From a virus: a DNA stretch of 64,000 bases. The DNA lies in the IMG/VR virus record IMGVR_UViG_3300046010_009647, positions 15,500 to 79,499 of that record. One strand, given 5' to 3'. A program made the translations under genes and the position numbers. This document shows positions 37,315 to 47,074 of this stretch, in pieces. Within the stretch, counting starts at the first letter, position 1. Every line of letters begins with the position of its first letter. The notes beneath the pieces were generated by a model, which did no database searches, was not told the DNA's origin, and was given only the letters and a program-made list of their open reading frames with translations.

Positions 37315-37998
37315 TTACGCTCCGTATTGATAGTTAATCGCCTGTACAGGAGAAGGACCCGCAGCTTTTGCAATAGTAGGATAACGATTGGTTAAACGTC
37401 CAGTTGCATCACGTTCTGGTGTTCCAAAGATGTTAGAAAGCATCTCTTGTTGAGGAGTCATCACTTTGCCAGATGAAATCAGATCTCTTTTCAACATGTC
37501 CGCAAATGCCTGAGGACTGCGGATGCCTAAGCTCTCAGCAGTCTTTCCGAATCCACTATATTCATCAGCGGTGTAACCAATACCCTGCTGACCATAAACA
37601 GATTCTGCAAGATTACGGTAAGAAGGACTTGCATAGTCAACTTCTTTTTTGTAGCTTCTTGCGAGGCTTTTTTCAATAAATTCAGGATTAGAGAAACGAT
37701 CGCGGTAAGCTTCTAAAAAGGCTTCAGCACCTCCTCGATTACCACCTTTTACAAGGCTTTTAAACTGCGATTTAATCGCTCTACGGCGTTGCGGAGAAGC
37801 CCTGACTTGATCAAGACCATAAGCGTTGAGCTTCTCCTGAAGAGGCGTCATTTGATACGCAGCAGGACCGCCTCCACTGACAGCACCACCAATGCCGCCA
37901 AGAAGACCACCAGCAACAGCACCAATCGGTCCAAAAACAGATCCTGCTGCTGCGCCGCTTACCCCTCCTCCAAGTAAACCTCCGATATCAAACGCCAT
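37315..37998 (-). CDS. Glycine-zipper putative ejection protein
   Basis: GAAAGSVFGPIGAVAGGLLGGIGG. Confidence 0.55.
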   Translation of the reverse strand: MAFDIGGLLGGGVSGAAAGSVFGPIGAVAGGLLGGIGGAVSGGGPAAYQMTPLQEKLNAYGLDQVRASPQRRRAIKSQFKSLVKGGNRGGAEAFLEAYRDRFSNPEFIEKSLARSYKKEVDYASPSYRNLAESVYGQQGIGYTADEYSGFGKTAESLGIRSPQAFADMLKRDLISSGKVMTPQQEMLSNIFGTPERDATGRLTNRYPTIAKAAGPSPVQAINYQYGA

Positions 37999-38045
37999 TT
38001 GGGGATACGACCTTATCTAATGACTTTATTTTAACTGTAAGGAAT

Positions 38046-38489
38046 CTAAGCAACAAAGGAAGAGTAACGCCCAGCAAGACCAGGGTTTCTAATGCCTTGA
38101 AGCATTTGAGCCTGACGATAGTTTGGATCATTAACAGAAAATTTAGCTGCCCAACGAGGAGCATCTTTCTGTTCAAAAATATCTTTGTTCTGTGCAAAAA
38201 GATTTGTACCAAAGTCAAGATCACGCATAATGCCGCCAAGCTGCTGCATCTGTTGGAAGGACTGATTGGTATTACTTGTGCCCATCATGCCAAGGCCAAG
38301 GTTGGCCAAGCCAAGAAGACCAGCCGCTTGTCCCATACCACCGCCAGCGCCGCCATAACTAGGAGCGGAACCACCAAAACCACCGACATTTAAAGACGCG
38401 CCACCAAAGGGATTGGAAGCTAACGAATCCCCAATTCCACCGAACGCACCGGCTGAATCAACGCCAAAGACAGGATTTGTAAAAGACAT
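38046..38489 (-). CDS. Gly-rich putative internal virion protein
   Basis: Gly-rich; LAGRY near C-terminus. Confidence 0.5.
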   Translation of the reverse strand: MSFTNPVFGVDSAGAFGGIGDSLASNPFGGASLNVGGFGGSAPSYGGAGGGMGQAAGLLGLANLGLGMMGTSNTNQSFQQMQQLGGIMRDLDFGTNLFAQNKDIFEQKDAPRWAAKFSVNDPNYRQAQMLQGIRNPGLAGRYSSFVA

Positions 38490-38494
38490 TTTAT

Positions 38495-38974
38495 TTAGAG
38501 GTTTCCAATGTACTGCCTTTGGGTAAAGGGATTCGCCGCAGTGCGTTGAGACCCTTGTTTAATCATATCGACCATAGGCCCAGAGAAGCGGTACTTCTCT
38601 GACATAGCCTCCTGCCACTTATTAGGAAGATTAAGCAAGCCAGCAAAGATATTTGATTCCATACCAAGACGCTGCTTTTCGCGTGCAACATCTTTCATGT
38701 AAGGGCCAAGGACTTCGAGTTGTTCACGAAGGCGTTGAGGATCGTTTTCACGTTGACGATTCATTTCACCCCAATAGATCAAGGGGCCATACTCCTCACC
38801 AAAAGCCTCTTTAAACTGTTTTACACCCTCTGGATCGATGTTGTAACGACCAGCTAAATTAGGCTGTGTAGCTTGATTACCAAAGCCCTGTACATTTAAT
38901 TGGCCGCCATAGTTGGTATACAGCGAGGGAGTACTAGCTTGTCCTAGGCCAAAGATATTTGGGGCCATGATCAA
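38495..38974 (-). CDS. Putative internal virion protein
   Basis: LAGRY motif; late operon. Confidence 0.5.
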   Translation of the reverse strand: MIMAPNIFGLGQASTPSLYTNYGGQLNVQGFGNQATQPNLAGRYNIDPEGVKQFKEAFGEEYGPLIYWGEMNRQRENDPQRLREQLEVLGPYMKDVAREKQRLGMESNIFAGLLNLPNKWQEAMSEKYRFSGPMVDMIKQGSQRTAANPFTQRQYIGNL

Positions 38975-39876
38975 CCAAAGCTAATTTGAGGAGCTTGCAG
39001 GGTGGAGCCTGCGTAAGGGTTGGCAGTTAACGCAGTACGTAGGTTGGCACCCGCTTGTTGCTGCGCACCAGTAGCAAGTTGACCAGCAGTTGAAATGGTG
39101 CCAAGCATTGCATAATTCTGACCCTGCGTATTGATCAAAGCTTGTTGACGGGCAAGTTGCTCATTCAAGCGTTGACGAAGAATAGGATCAATCCGCTTTT
39201 CAGATTGAATCATCATATCTACATCGTTTTGACGCAGATCTTGAACGGCTTGCAGAGTGGGCTGGAGATATGCACCACCATACTGCTGTGCAATCTGCGC
39301 CTGAACTTCTGCATCCTTCATCGCTTCTGCGCGTTCTTTCGCACGTTGTCCACGAGAAGCAGAAGAACCACCCTCCCTGCCAGCAATTTCTTCACCGGTT
39401 GCTTCAGCTTTTGCTTTTTCTGCCATGCCACCAAGACCTTGGGCCACAGCAGGAGCAAGTAAGCCGCCAGCTAAACCAATCGCAGCACCGGGGAGGCCGC
39501 CAACGCGAGCACCAAGGGCAGCTGCACCTAAGGCTGTTGGAATACCTACGCCAGCAGTGATGCCTGCTTCCAAGGTGCGTCCTTCTTGTGCTGAACCTAC
39601 GGCGCTAAGAATAGAAGGGGCAGCAGCCAAGGCACCGCCTAGCAGTTGACCACGAGGAAATAATGCACCGGCTTGTTGCATAGCTTGAGCGCCTCTTTGC
39701 CCGCCTACGCCAAACATATTTCCAACATTCTGTGCTTGACGTTGCCCGTAAGCAGCAAACGAAGCTCTTGGATCTCGAGCGTAACCTTGAGCTGCGGTTA
39801 AGAGGTCATAAGGAACAATGGCACCGCCCTGTGCAATACGCTCAGAGGGACCGCCAGTAGAGCTGTAAGTCGCCAT
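38971..39876 (-). CDS. Glycine-zipper/coiled-coil putative ejection protein
   Basis: Hydrophobic Gly/Ala segments, then Gln-rich coil. Confidence 0.55.
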   Translation of the reverse strand: MATYSSTGGPSERIAQGGAIVPYDLLTAAQGYARDPRASFAAYGQRQAQNVGNMFGVGGQRGAQAMQQAGALFPRGQLLGGALAAAPSILSAVGSAQEGRTLEAGITAGVGIPTALGAAALGARVGGLPGAAIGLAGGLLAPAVAQGLGGMAEKAKAEATGEEIAGREGGSSASRGQRAKERAEAMKDAEVQAQIAQQYGGAYLQPTLQAVQDLRQNDVDMMIQSEKRIDPILRQRLNEQLARQQALINTQGQNYAMLGTISTAGQLATGAQQQAGANLRTALTANPYAGSTLQAPQISFG

Positions 39877-39912
39877 TAATTTATTGAATGTCTTTTATTT
39901 AAATAAATTCTA

Positions 39913-40809
39913 TCACTGCACGCCTTGTGTATATGCAGTGTATTCATTAGTTGTAGGAAGCGTTGGCCGATTACCCGCAGCAATTGCCTCATTAACAACA
40001 TTTCCTGTTAGTACACCGCCAAGGGATCCTGCAAGGCCCGCAACCACGGCTTTTGCAGCTCTACCTTTACCTGTAGCGGCACGAGCCGCAGCACCTCCTG
40101 CAATGGCACCACCAGCAATACCAAGGGCAGATGGAATCGTAACTGGGTAGCCCAGAAGACGAGCCTCTGGATAACCCTGTAAATTCTCAGGAGTTGCCTT
40201 AAGCACGCCAAGCATACCTTTGTCTTGGTAGTGACTCCTCAAGAAATTACCGTAACGTTCAGGGGTAAGATCTGGAATATCTTTTTTCGCTTCTTCGTAA
40301 GCAAGGGGTCTCCCTGTACGCCCAAGGAAGAAGCGTTCAAATAACTCAGGAACCGGTTGACTTGTTTGACGGCGATCTTCTGATCCTTCCTCTGCATAGG
40401 ATTGCGCAAAACCCTTGGGCCTGAACAGCTCACCAACATTGGTAATGTCATAGGCGCCAGATACAGCAATAGCAGGTGCAACAGCAGCTGCCATTACAAG
40501 ACCAGTACCAAGTACACCCATTTCCTTAGATGCTTCTTTACCGATTGCAACACGAGCTGCTTTATCAGCTAAAGCGTTGGGATGATTGAATGCCCACCAA
40601 ACAGCCCTGGTGCCATCGGTAACAATATCTGTGAGCAGACGTGCTGAATAAGCGCCAAGAAACTCTTGAGGTTTTTGACGAAGAGTAATACCTTCCTGTT
40701 GTAGTTCTTGTTTAAATTGAGGACCAAAGACTGTTACACGTTGATTTGGGCGTTTATCAATTAAACGCAATCCAGTTTTAGCGCCTGAAACAAAAGGAAT
40801 GTCAGCCAT
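39913..40809 (-). CDS. Putative internal virion/membrane protein
   Basis: Hydrophobic Gly/Ala segments. Confidence 0.5.
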   Translation of the reverse strand: MADIPFVSGAKTGLRLIDKRPNQRVTVFGPQFKQELQQEGITLRQKPQEFLGAYSARLLTDIVTDGTRAVWWAFNHPNALADKAARVAIGKEASKEMGVLGTGLVMAAAVAPAIAVSGAYDITNVGELFRPKGFAQSYAEEGSEDRRQTSQPVPELFERFFLGRTGRPLAYEEAKKDIPDLTPERYGNFLRSHYQDKGMLGVLKATPENLQGYPEARLLGYPVTIPSALGIAGGAIAGGAAARAATGKGRAAKAVVAGLAGSLGGVLTGNVVNEAIAAGNRPTLPTTNEYTAYTQGVQ

Positions 40810-40810
40810 G

Positions 40811-41326
40811 TTACGCCACTCCTGGTTGTGAGAACAGCGCTAATTCTTCTGGTGAAAGGTAATTAGCTATGTTTGGCAGTTCTTTGTCGACGTAATCATT
40901 GAGGAATTCAATGCCAGCAGTTTGAAATTGTGTACCAGGTGCAACTGCTTGTACGTCAAGTTTATTGATTGCCGCACGTTGACCCATTTCCTGCATGATT
41001 TGCTGGGACTGCGACATATCCGTTGGTACCGGACGGTTCCCATACAAAAGATTAGACGCAGCAACGGTTGAACCAAGGGATGCGCCGATATTAGCGACGT
41101 TTTCTACAGTGCCCCGAACCAAGGGATTTTTAACATTACGCGTCAAACCACGAGCTGCCATGGTTGCAGGAAAAGCAGCTGCAAGATCCATCAAACCATA
41201 AGTAGCAGCGGCAGTTGGTCCTTCCAACAAACCGAAGCCGGCCGCTAGTGCGCTGCCAGGTACAACAGATTTTGCGACATCACCTGCGTTGCGTCCTACA
41301 AAACCTAATAAACGTTGGAAGTTCAC
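40811..41326 (-). CDS. Hypothetical Ala/Gly-rich protein
   Basis: ORF in late operon. Confidence 0.5.
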   Translation of the reverse strand: MNFQRLLGFVGRNAGDVAKSVVPGSALAAGFGLLEGPTAAATYGLMDLAAAFPATMAARGLTRNVKNPLVRGTVENVANIGASLGSTVAASNLLYGNRPVPTDMSQSQQIMQEMGQRAAINKLDVQAVAPGTQFQTAGIEFLNDYVDKELPNIANYLSPEELALFSQPGVA

Positions 41327-41357
41327 CTATCTACTCTTTTCTTTTTATTATAAAACG

Positions 41358-41918
41358 TTAGGCTTCTTCAATTTCTTCTGCGCTTGGTTTCTTGGTGTCT
41401 TCACCTTTGAGCAGCTGTGCTACCGAGACATTTCCTTCTGCTTCATTCTCGGCTTTATTTTCAGCTGTTGCCATTAAGTAGCCCTTGGGATCTGGGTTAG
41501 CAGCACGTGGCATTGGATTGCTAATACGATCATCAGGTTTAAGTGTGGGACTTAATGCATACATGTCCCGCCAAATAGGATTAAAGCCTGGTTGATCTTC
41601 TGGACGTTGTTTTGTTAACGCACGTCCCACGTTAAAGTCATAGTCTTCTTTGCGATTAAAACGTCCAATACCAGCAAAGATCTCTAAGTTTTGGGCATCC
41701 TCACCAACAAATTGAAGGCCTGGGTTGAAACGCAGTTTACGTGTCTGAATGCGCCGCAAAAGGTCTGTGTTATCAAACCGGTTTGGGGTCCAGGGTGCAG
41801 TGCCACTATCTGCTTTAGCAGAAAAAAGATCATCAAAATTTAGCTGACGCTTTTTAGCGAATACATCTTTTGTGTAATCAATGTATCTGCCAAGCTCTAA
41901 GCGATGATCTTTTGCCAT
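41358..41918 (-). CDS. Hypothetical protein
   Basis: Coupled ORF. Confidence 0.55.
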   Translation of the reverse strand: MAKDHRLELGRYIDYTKDVFAKKRQLNFDDLFSAKADSGTAPWTPNRFDNTDLLRRIQTRKLRFNPGLQFVGEDAQNLEIFAGIGRFNRKEDYDFNVGRALTKQRPEDQPGFNPIWRDMYALSPTLKPDDRISNPMPRAANPDPKGYLMATAENKAENEAEGNVSVAQLLKGEDTKKPSAEEIEEA

Positions 41919-42151
41919 TAGTCTTCAGATTTACTGGTATCTTTTTTCTTTTTTAACCCTACCAGGGTTTGACGTAACCGTGCTTGCTTTACGGTCTTGT
42001 CATCATATTTATCTGGACTAGCAAGGACATTAGCCTGGAGCTGAGCAGAGGTAATACCCTTCTTCTTAGCCTTGGCAGTGAAGGCGCCTTCCTTCATCTC
42101 CATACCTTGAATCCACTTCTTGTCTTTCTTTTTCTTTTCAGCCATGATCAA
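41918..42151 (-). CDS. Small basic protein (KWIQ...GAFT...KQARL type)
   Basis: Lys-rich, typical small phage virion protein. Confidence 0.6.
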   Translation of the reverse strand: MIMAEKKKKDKKWIQGMEMKEGAFTAKAKKKGITSAQLQANVLASPDKYDDKTVKQARLRQTLVGLKKKKDTSKSED

Positions 42152-45100
42152 CGACTCCGACGTTTACCAGCACGGCGTCCTGCTTGTGCCATAAGTTGTT
42201 GAGTTACAACTTCAAGGCCAGAGGGAAACCTTTGTGGTGAAAAAACAATTTTTTCTGGTTCAACTTTAGCAAGGGCTTGCCTTGTTGATTGCATCTCAGT
42301 GCCAATACGTTGCGGGTCAAGTGCTTGTAATTGTTGGCCGAGGTCACCAAAGCGAAGCGTCATCGGCTTCGAGGGTTGCTGTGTTGTGCCAAGTCGTGTT
42401 CCAACCGAAACTCCTGCTGGATATTGCTGAAGATTGGTTTCAGGTACCAAGTAGAATTCACGTGTGGGTCCAATAATCGGACCGCCGGTGTAAAGAGGTT
42501 TGTTGGCTGGACTGGTGAGCCTACGCTGCTGTTCTGGTGTTTGAGCAGATTTAAGCTCAACAGAACCGTAATAAGCAGACGGCCCTTCCTCTAAGTATGT
42601 ATCTACATCAACGATATCTTCGGAGCCGTAACCAACACGTTCACCCGTAGGTTTACCAGAAAGATCCTTGGGTGAGAACATGACATCCCTTGGAACAGGA
42701 CCCGAAACCCTACGTGTAAGAGAGGGGTCAGCTTGCGAAACACTCCGATAGTTTTTGGGCATTAAGCCTTCTTGTTGTGCAGCGATAAGATCTTCGTTTG
42801 TAATTGGATAAACTTCACCACTCTTGCCAAGGCTTACCAGGTGCCTTTGGGCTGCTGGATTTCCAGGGCGTCCAATAATGCCTTGGACAAATTCGTAAGC
42901 AGTAGGTGACTCAAGAACAGGAAGTTGAATTCCTTTTTCCGAGCGAAGCTCATTTTGAACACGACCCGCAATGCGCACGTTGGCCTGTGGAACCTGGACG
43001 CCTGCTTGGCGGGCAGCTTTAGCAACAGGATTCTCTTTAAGATTTCCACGGCCTGCGGCCATGTTTAAGAAATTATTAATAGACTGAATACTTTCAGTAG
43101 GTACGCCAATCTTGCTGAGGTTTGAAGCTTCACGTTTAGCTTTTGTCAATTCGTCGTTTAATTGACGTTGTGCGCGGATCATGGCATCTTCCATATCAGC
43201 GCGACGAACGCGAGCGGCATAACTGACAGGGTTACCTTCTGTATCTTCAACCTGGAGAGGAGCCTGAACAATTTCATCGGTTGCCTCATAAACATCCGAA
43301 AGGAAGTTATAAGGTTTGCCGTATTGTGAAACGCCTTGTTTCCTGACTTGGCCAACAGGTTGATTAATGGCTGCATTAAGTGCAGTCATTTCTTGTTCAT
43401 AAGCATCGTTAGAAATTAATCCTTGCTTAAGTTGACGCTGTAGATTGCGCTCAGCGCGTTCAACGTTTTTAGATTTAGAAAGCAATCCAGGGATTGCTAC
43501 AGGTTGCGTAGTAATGTAATCAGGATCGTAAGGCTTGCGTCCAATTTTGTATAGATACTCACCGGTTTCCTCACCAGTATCCGATAAACGTGTTAAGTCA
43601 AGATCAGAAACAGTTAAGTTCGTAAGCGTTGGTTCAGACTCTCCGGGGGCAAAAGTAACTCCTTGTGCAATTTTAGTTTGACGACCAGCCTTTGTGGTGT
43701 AAGGGCTGTACTGAATGTTGTACACTTCATCAGGAATTTCTATGTCAGGTGCCCCACCAACTAGGCGCCCTTTCTGAGAACCGCGTCCGGATTGGGGAGT
43801 AATTACCTCACCCGTTGGCGCATCAAAGTACAATCCTTCCTGCAAACCTTCTTGTACATATTTGCTCTGCCCAAGATCACCAACGGTTCTTTCGTATACG
43901 TCGGTTAAAGTACGACCGGTGTCAATGTATTTTTGAGCTTTGACACGAAGTTCCGGCATTTGTTTGCCAAACGCTTCTGCATCTGCAATTGCACGTTCCT
44001 TGTTAACAAGGAAAGGAACTTCAACCTCTACTTTTTCACCTGCTTCAACGCGTCGGATGGTGTCTTCGTCAAGCATTTCGCGGAAGCGCTGTGTTGGATA
44101 CAAGTTACCATCATTGTCGGCTTCAATGCGAGTAGGTATATCTAGGTCATACGCATCAATAGGCCGCACTTCTCGAGAGGGAAAATAAATGCCGGTATCA
44201 GGACCTGCACGATGAAGTGTGTCCCATTCTGTTGCAAATTTATCAATGCCGTATTGATATTGTTCAGAAAGTTTTTCTTGTTTAATTCGACGCGTTTCAA
44301 GGTTTTCTGTCTGACGTGTCAAAAACTCTTGTGGATCAGTTAAAAGAGTTTTTCTAGAGGGGTCGACTGTTTCAACTACCTCAACACCTCCTTCAACGCC
44401 AAACAAATCTTGCAAAGGATCATAGTCGCCCTCTTTAAGTTCAAGAACAGATTCTTTTCCTCCACGGAAAGAACGCCGTACTTCACCTGTGGGATTTACC
44501 AAATCACCTGACACAATACGACCTGTGCGATCAACGTCTGCATTTACAACATTTAGTGCTCTAGCAAAAGCGGTTGGCCCTCCTTCAACAGTTGCAGCAT
44601 TGTAAGAAGGATCCAAGAAGTCGCGGTTACCTGTGTTTGCAAAAGCTTCGATACGAGCATTGATTTCAAACTCAGGCAAGCCGGCTTCACTCAGTTGACT
44701 AAGGGCTGGGCTGACATATTGGGCTTTATCACGACGAGTTAATTGAGCTTCTTTAATATCTCGTTGTTCGTTTTCAACTGTGTTCCTGTAATCTTGTTGA
44801 TCAAAACCTGTGTCATTAGCTTTGTTCTGTTGAGACACAACAGAAGGTGCTTCTTTTTGCTGGAGAGTTGTTAAGTCAACTGTAGCTTGAGGAATTGCAG
44901 CGGGAGGTGCTGCAACTTTTGAAGGGGAAGGAGTCGCACGCAGTGGAGGAGTGGCAGCAACAGTAGAAAGATCAGCTTGCTTAACACCTAACCCTGTTTG
45001 TTTTGTTTGAGAAGGACGACGGCCAGCTAATTTCATAGCGCCATACGTACCAGCGCCCAAAACACCTAAGCCTGCTGCTACAGCACCAAGAATCCCTGGT

Positions 45101-45249
45101 ACATTTGACTCCTCTTGCGGTTGACGAAGCTGATTACGGCGGAATTCAAGTACCTGTGGTGCTAACTCAGCCTTTTCTTCCGGATCTTCGGGGTATGGAG
45201 TCCCAGTGGCACGGCTGTATGCGGCAAAATCGGCAGGTGATAACGCCAT
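42148..45249 (-). CDS. Large putative internal virion protein, 1033 aa
   Basis: MALSPADFAAYSRATG start, one TM-like segment, long hydrophilic body. Confidence 0.6.
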   Translation of the reverse strand: MALSPADFAAYSRATGTPYPEDPEEKAELAPQVLEFRRNQLRQPQEESNVPGILGAVAAGLGVLGAGTYGAMKLAGRRPSQTKQTGLGVKQADLSTVAATPPLRATPSPSKVAAPPAAIPQATVDLTTLQQKEAPSVVSQQNKANDTGFDQQDYRNTVENEQRDIKEAQLTRRDKAQYVSPALSQLSEAGLPEFEINARIEAFANTGNRDFLDPSYNAATVEGGPTAFARALNVVNADVDRTGRIVSGDLVNPTGEVRRSFRGGKESVLELKEGDYDPLQDLFGVEGGVEVVETVDPSRKTLLTDPQEFLTRQTENLETRRIKQEKLSEQYQYGIDKFATEWDTLHRAGPDTGIYFPSREVRPIDAYDLDIPTRIEADNDGNLYPTQRFREMLDEDTIRRVEAGEKVEVEVPFLVNKERAIADAEAFGKQMPELRVKAQKYIDTGRTLTDVYERTVGDLGQSKYVQEGLQEGLYFDAPTGEVITPQSGRGSQKGRLVGGAPDIEIPDEVYNIQYSPYTTKAGRQTKIAQGVTFAPGESEPTLTNLTVSDLDLTRLSDTGEETGEYLYKIGRKPYDPDYITTQPVAIPGLLSKSKNVERAERNLQRQLKQGLISNDAYEQEMTALNAAINQPVGQVRKQGVSQYGKPYNFLSDVYEATDEIVQAPLQVEDTEGNPVSYAARVRRADMEDAMIRAQRQLNDELTKAKREASNLSKIGVPTESIQSINNFLNMAAGRGNLKENPVAKAARQAGVQVPQANVRIAGRVQNELRSEKGIQLPVLESPTAYEFVQGIIGRPGNPAAQRHLVSLGKSGEVYPITNEDLIAAQQEGLMPKNYRSVSQADPSLTRRVSGPVPRDVMFSPKDLSGKPTGERVGYGSEDIVDVDTYLEEGPSAYYGSVELKSAQTPEQQRRLTSPANKPLYTGGPIIGPTREFYLVPETNLQQYPAGVSVGTRLGTTQQPSKPMTLRFGDLGQQLQALDPQRIGTEMQSTRQALAKVEPEKIVFSPQRFPSGLEVVTQQLMAQAGRRAGKRRSR

Positions 45250-45369
45250 TTGGAACTTATGAGCTATAGATTTCTTGTTATCTGTATTTTAACGGGAATA
45301 ATTTAGAAAAAGCTGCGTACGTTAGACTATTACCAAGAGAAAACGCTAAACACCTGGGGAAATACAGAC

Positions 45370-45579
45370 ATGCACCCTAAGAATCGCATGGAAAAAGCAA
45401 TTGCCCTAGAAGCAATTGCTGATGTAGCTGAAAAGATGGAACAATCAGGTGCCAGTGGGATGGATGTTGCAGCATTTACGTCTGGTGCGCGGCAAAAGCT
45501 GACAGAAGAGCGGCCAGATCCGGATAAATACGCAAAAGCTGCGGTGTCTGCGGCCAAGTGGAGTAAAGCAAACGCCTAA
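45370..45579 (+). CDS. Hypothetical protein
   Basis: TAGACT -10 box upstream, terminator downstream. Confidence 0.6.
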   Translation: MHPKNRMEKAIALEAIADVAEKMEQSGASGMDVAAFTSGARQKLTEERPDPDKYAKAAVSAAKWSKANA

Positions 45580-45607
45580 ATAATAACGTCAAGTAGATTA
45601 ATGTACA

Positions 45608-45634
45608 GCCGGGGCTAAATACCCCGGCATTTTT
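45608..45634 (+). terminator. Rho-independent terminator
   Basis: GCCGGGG/CCCCGGC stem plus ATTTTT. Confidence 0.8.
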
Positions 45635-45822
45635 GTCTGTATTCTTGGGCAAAACCTTTGTAACACCTACAAATTTTAGGTGTTATGTACAGTGTGATAC
45701 AAAAAGACCGGCCCTATAGAGGTCAAAAAAGGGAAAAAATTTTACTGGCGCTTCTCCAACACCCCACGCGACGTGAATTGCGTATAGAAAAAAAGAAAGG
45801 GTGGGTGGGTTGAAATAGTTAT

Positions 45823-45849
45823 CGGGGGCTGCGCATCCGTAGAACGCAG
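45823..45849 (+). ncRNA. Divergent H-type pseudoknot (family B-like)
   Basis: CGGG/TCCG stem; loop CTGCG pairs with CGCAG after TAGAA. Confidence 0.4.
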
Positions 45850-45870
45850 AGTTCCATTGTATTCGGTACC

Positions 45871-46137
45871 ATGACGACAGTAATGACGACGATTAGCACA
45901 GATGAGATGACTAGCCGACTTGTCGATGCAGCGTTCGCGCTGCGAGCAGGCAAGAAGGTTGTCATGAAGCCTGGCGTGCTGCGAGCCAGTGGCTGGTCAG
46001 CTAGCCAAGTGATTAAGTTCTTGTTAGAGGAACTGTATGAGTGCGAAGTTTACATGGATAACGACGTGATGTGGAAGGTGTGGATTACACGCCGCCCCGA
46101 AGATCACGGATTAGTTATCGAAGGCAGTTGCCGTTGA
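45871..46137 (+). CDS. Early hypothetical protein
   Basis: ORF track. Confidence 0.55.
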   Translation: MTTVMTTISTDEMTSRLVDAAFALRAGKKVVMKPGVLRASGWSASQVIKFLLEELYECEVYMDNDVMWKVWITRRPEDHGLVIEGSCR

Positions 46138-46351
46138 CGATTGTAATTTACCCTGGTGAGAGCCAGGGTTTACTACAGCCCTCAATCCCTACATTCCCCA
46201 CCTAATTACCGTACAATCCTTGTCAATTCACTAGGTATTTATACCTTTTGATACGAATTCGTATCGCGCGCGACCTCATTTAGGCTACAGCTGGGGGTTG
46301 GTCTTACAGAACAGTTGCAGCATATACCCGACCTACAGACTCGGGATTAAC

Positions 46352-46376
46352 CGTCAAGCTGGACGTTAAACGTAGC
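46352..46376 (+). ncRNA. Divergent H-type pseudoknot (family B)
   Basis: CGTC-AAGCTG-GACG-TTAAAC-GTAGC. Confidence 0.5.
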
Positions 46377-46401
46377 AGACAACTCGGCGGTCGGTCACGA
46401 C

Positions 46402-46435
46402 CTTGGCATCCACACTTCAGTGGTTTAAGTCCAAG
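46402..46435 (+). ncRNA. Family A bulged-stem RNA motif
   Basis: CTTGG-CA-T-CCAC-loop-GTGG-TT-TAAGT-CCAAG. Confidence 0.65.
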
Positions 46436-46454
46436 CTCACCCTACGGAGTAACC

Positions 46455-46652
46455 GTGGACTACACCGTCAACATCATCGAGCGTAACGGTCAGTACTTCC
46501 TCCAAGAAGTCTTTGCAGTTACTGAGTTCCAGTATGTGGAACAAGTGACTGCAGGTCCGTTCCAAGCTCGATGGCAAGCAGACGTGCGACGCTCACAGGA
46601 GTATCCGGCATACCGGGGACTAACTGATGAGTACTGCCGTCTGCAACACTGA
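46455..46652 (+). CDS. Early hypothetical protein
   Basis: GGAG RBS, GTG start. Confidence 0.6.
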   Translation: MDYTVNIIERNGQYFLQEVFAVTEFQYVEQVTAGPFQARWQADVRRSQEYPAYRGLTDEYCRLQH

Positions 46653-46716
46653 TCCGTTAAAGCGGGTTGGGAGGTGCAAACCCTCCCACAGTTATTGCCC
46701 CCAGCGGAGATGGGCA
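46648..46716 (+). ncRNA. Family C T-loop three-way junction plus hairpin
   Basis: ACTG/CAGT, CCG-TTAAAG-CGG, TGGGAGG-TGCAAAC-CCTCCCA, TGCCC/GGGCA. Confidence 0.65.
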
Positions 46717-46736
46717 CCGCACACACGGAGAACACC

Positions 46737-46817
46737 GTGACCTTCACCGTTACCGAAACACTCGCACTCGCCGCCATCTTTGTGGTGGCATGTGTGATCG
46801 GTTACGTTACCGACTGA
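46737..46817 (+). CDS. 26-aa single-TM peptide
   Basis: GGAG plus GTG; MTFTVTETLALAAIFVVACVIGYVTD. Confidence 0.6.
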   Translation: MTFTVTETLALAAIFVVACVIGYVTD

Positions 46818-46878
46818 TCCGTCTAAGCGGGAGGCAGGGTGCAAACCCCTGCCCAGTCATTGCCACAATCCCGTGGCA
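46812..46878 (+). ncRNA. Family C T-loop three-way junction plus hairpin
   Basis: GACTG/CAGTC, CCG-TCTAAG-CGG, GGCAGGG-TGCAAAC-CCCTGCC, TGCCAC/GTGGCA. Confidence 0.7.
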
Positions 46879-46894
46879 TCTACACCAAACGACA

Positions 46895-47074
46895 GTGACT
46901 CAACGCATTGCAACCTACGTGATCATCGCTGCTTCCATCATGGGTATTGGTGGGCAAGCCGTTATCTACTTCACAGATAAGGCAACTGCTCACCAATGCA
47001 TTAACCATGACTGGCCTAAGGAGCATGACACACTCCACCGTAACTGGTGCATCACCAACGGTTACGACATCTGA
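46895..47074 (+). CDS. Small membrane-anchored protein
   Basis: GTG start MTQRIATYVIIAASIMGIGG...; Cys pair. Confidence 0.6.
   Translation: MTQRIATYVIIAASIMGIGGQAVIYFTDKATAHQCINHDWPKEHDTLHRNWCITNGYDI

Noticed and set aside
45686-45701. NtcA-activated class II promoter
   Set aside because: No TAN3T box at the expected 22-23 nt spacing on either strand; kept only as a possible site
46624-46645. CTGATGAG hammerhead core
   Set aside because: No stem II followed by GAAA; lies in coding sequence
46667-47074. 135-aa ORF from the track (also long starts at 48092, 48526, 51355, 52150, 60101)
   Set aside because: N-terminal extensions run through RNA elements or other genes; downstream starts fit better
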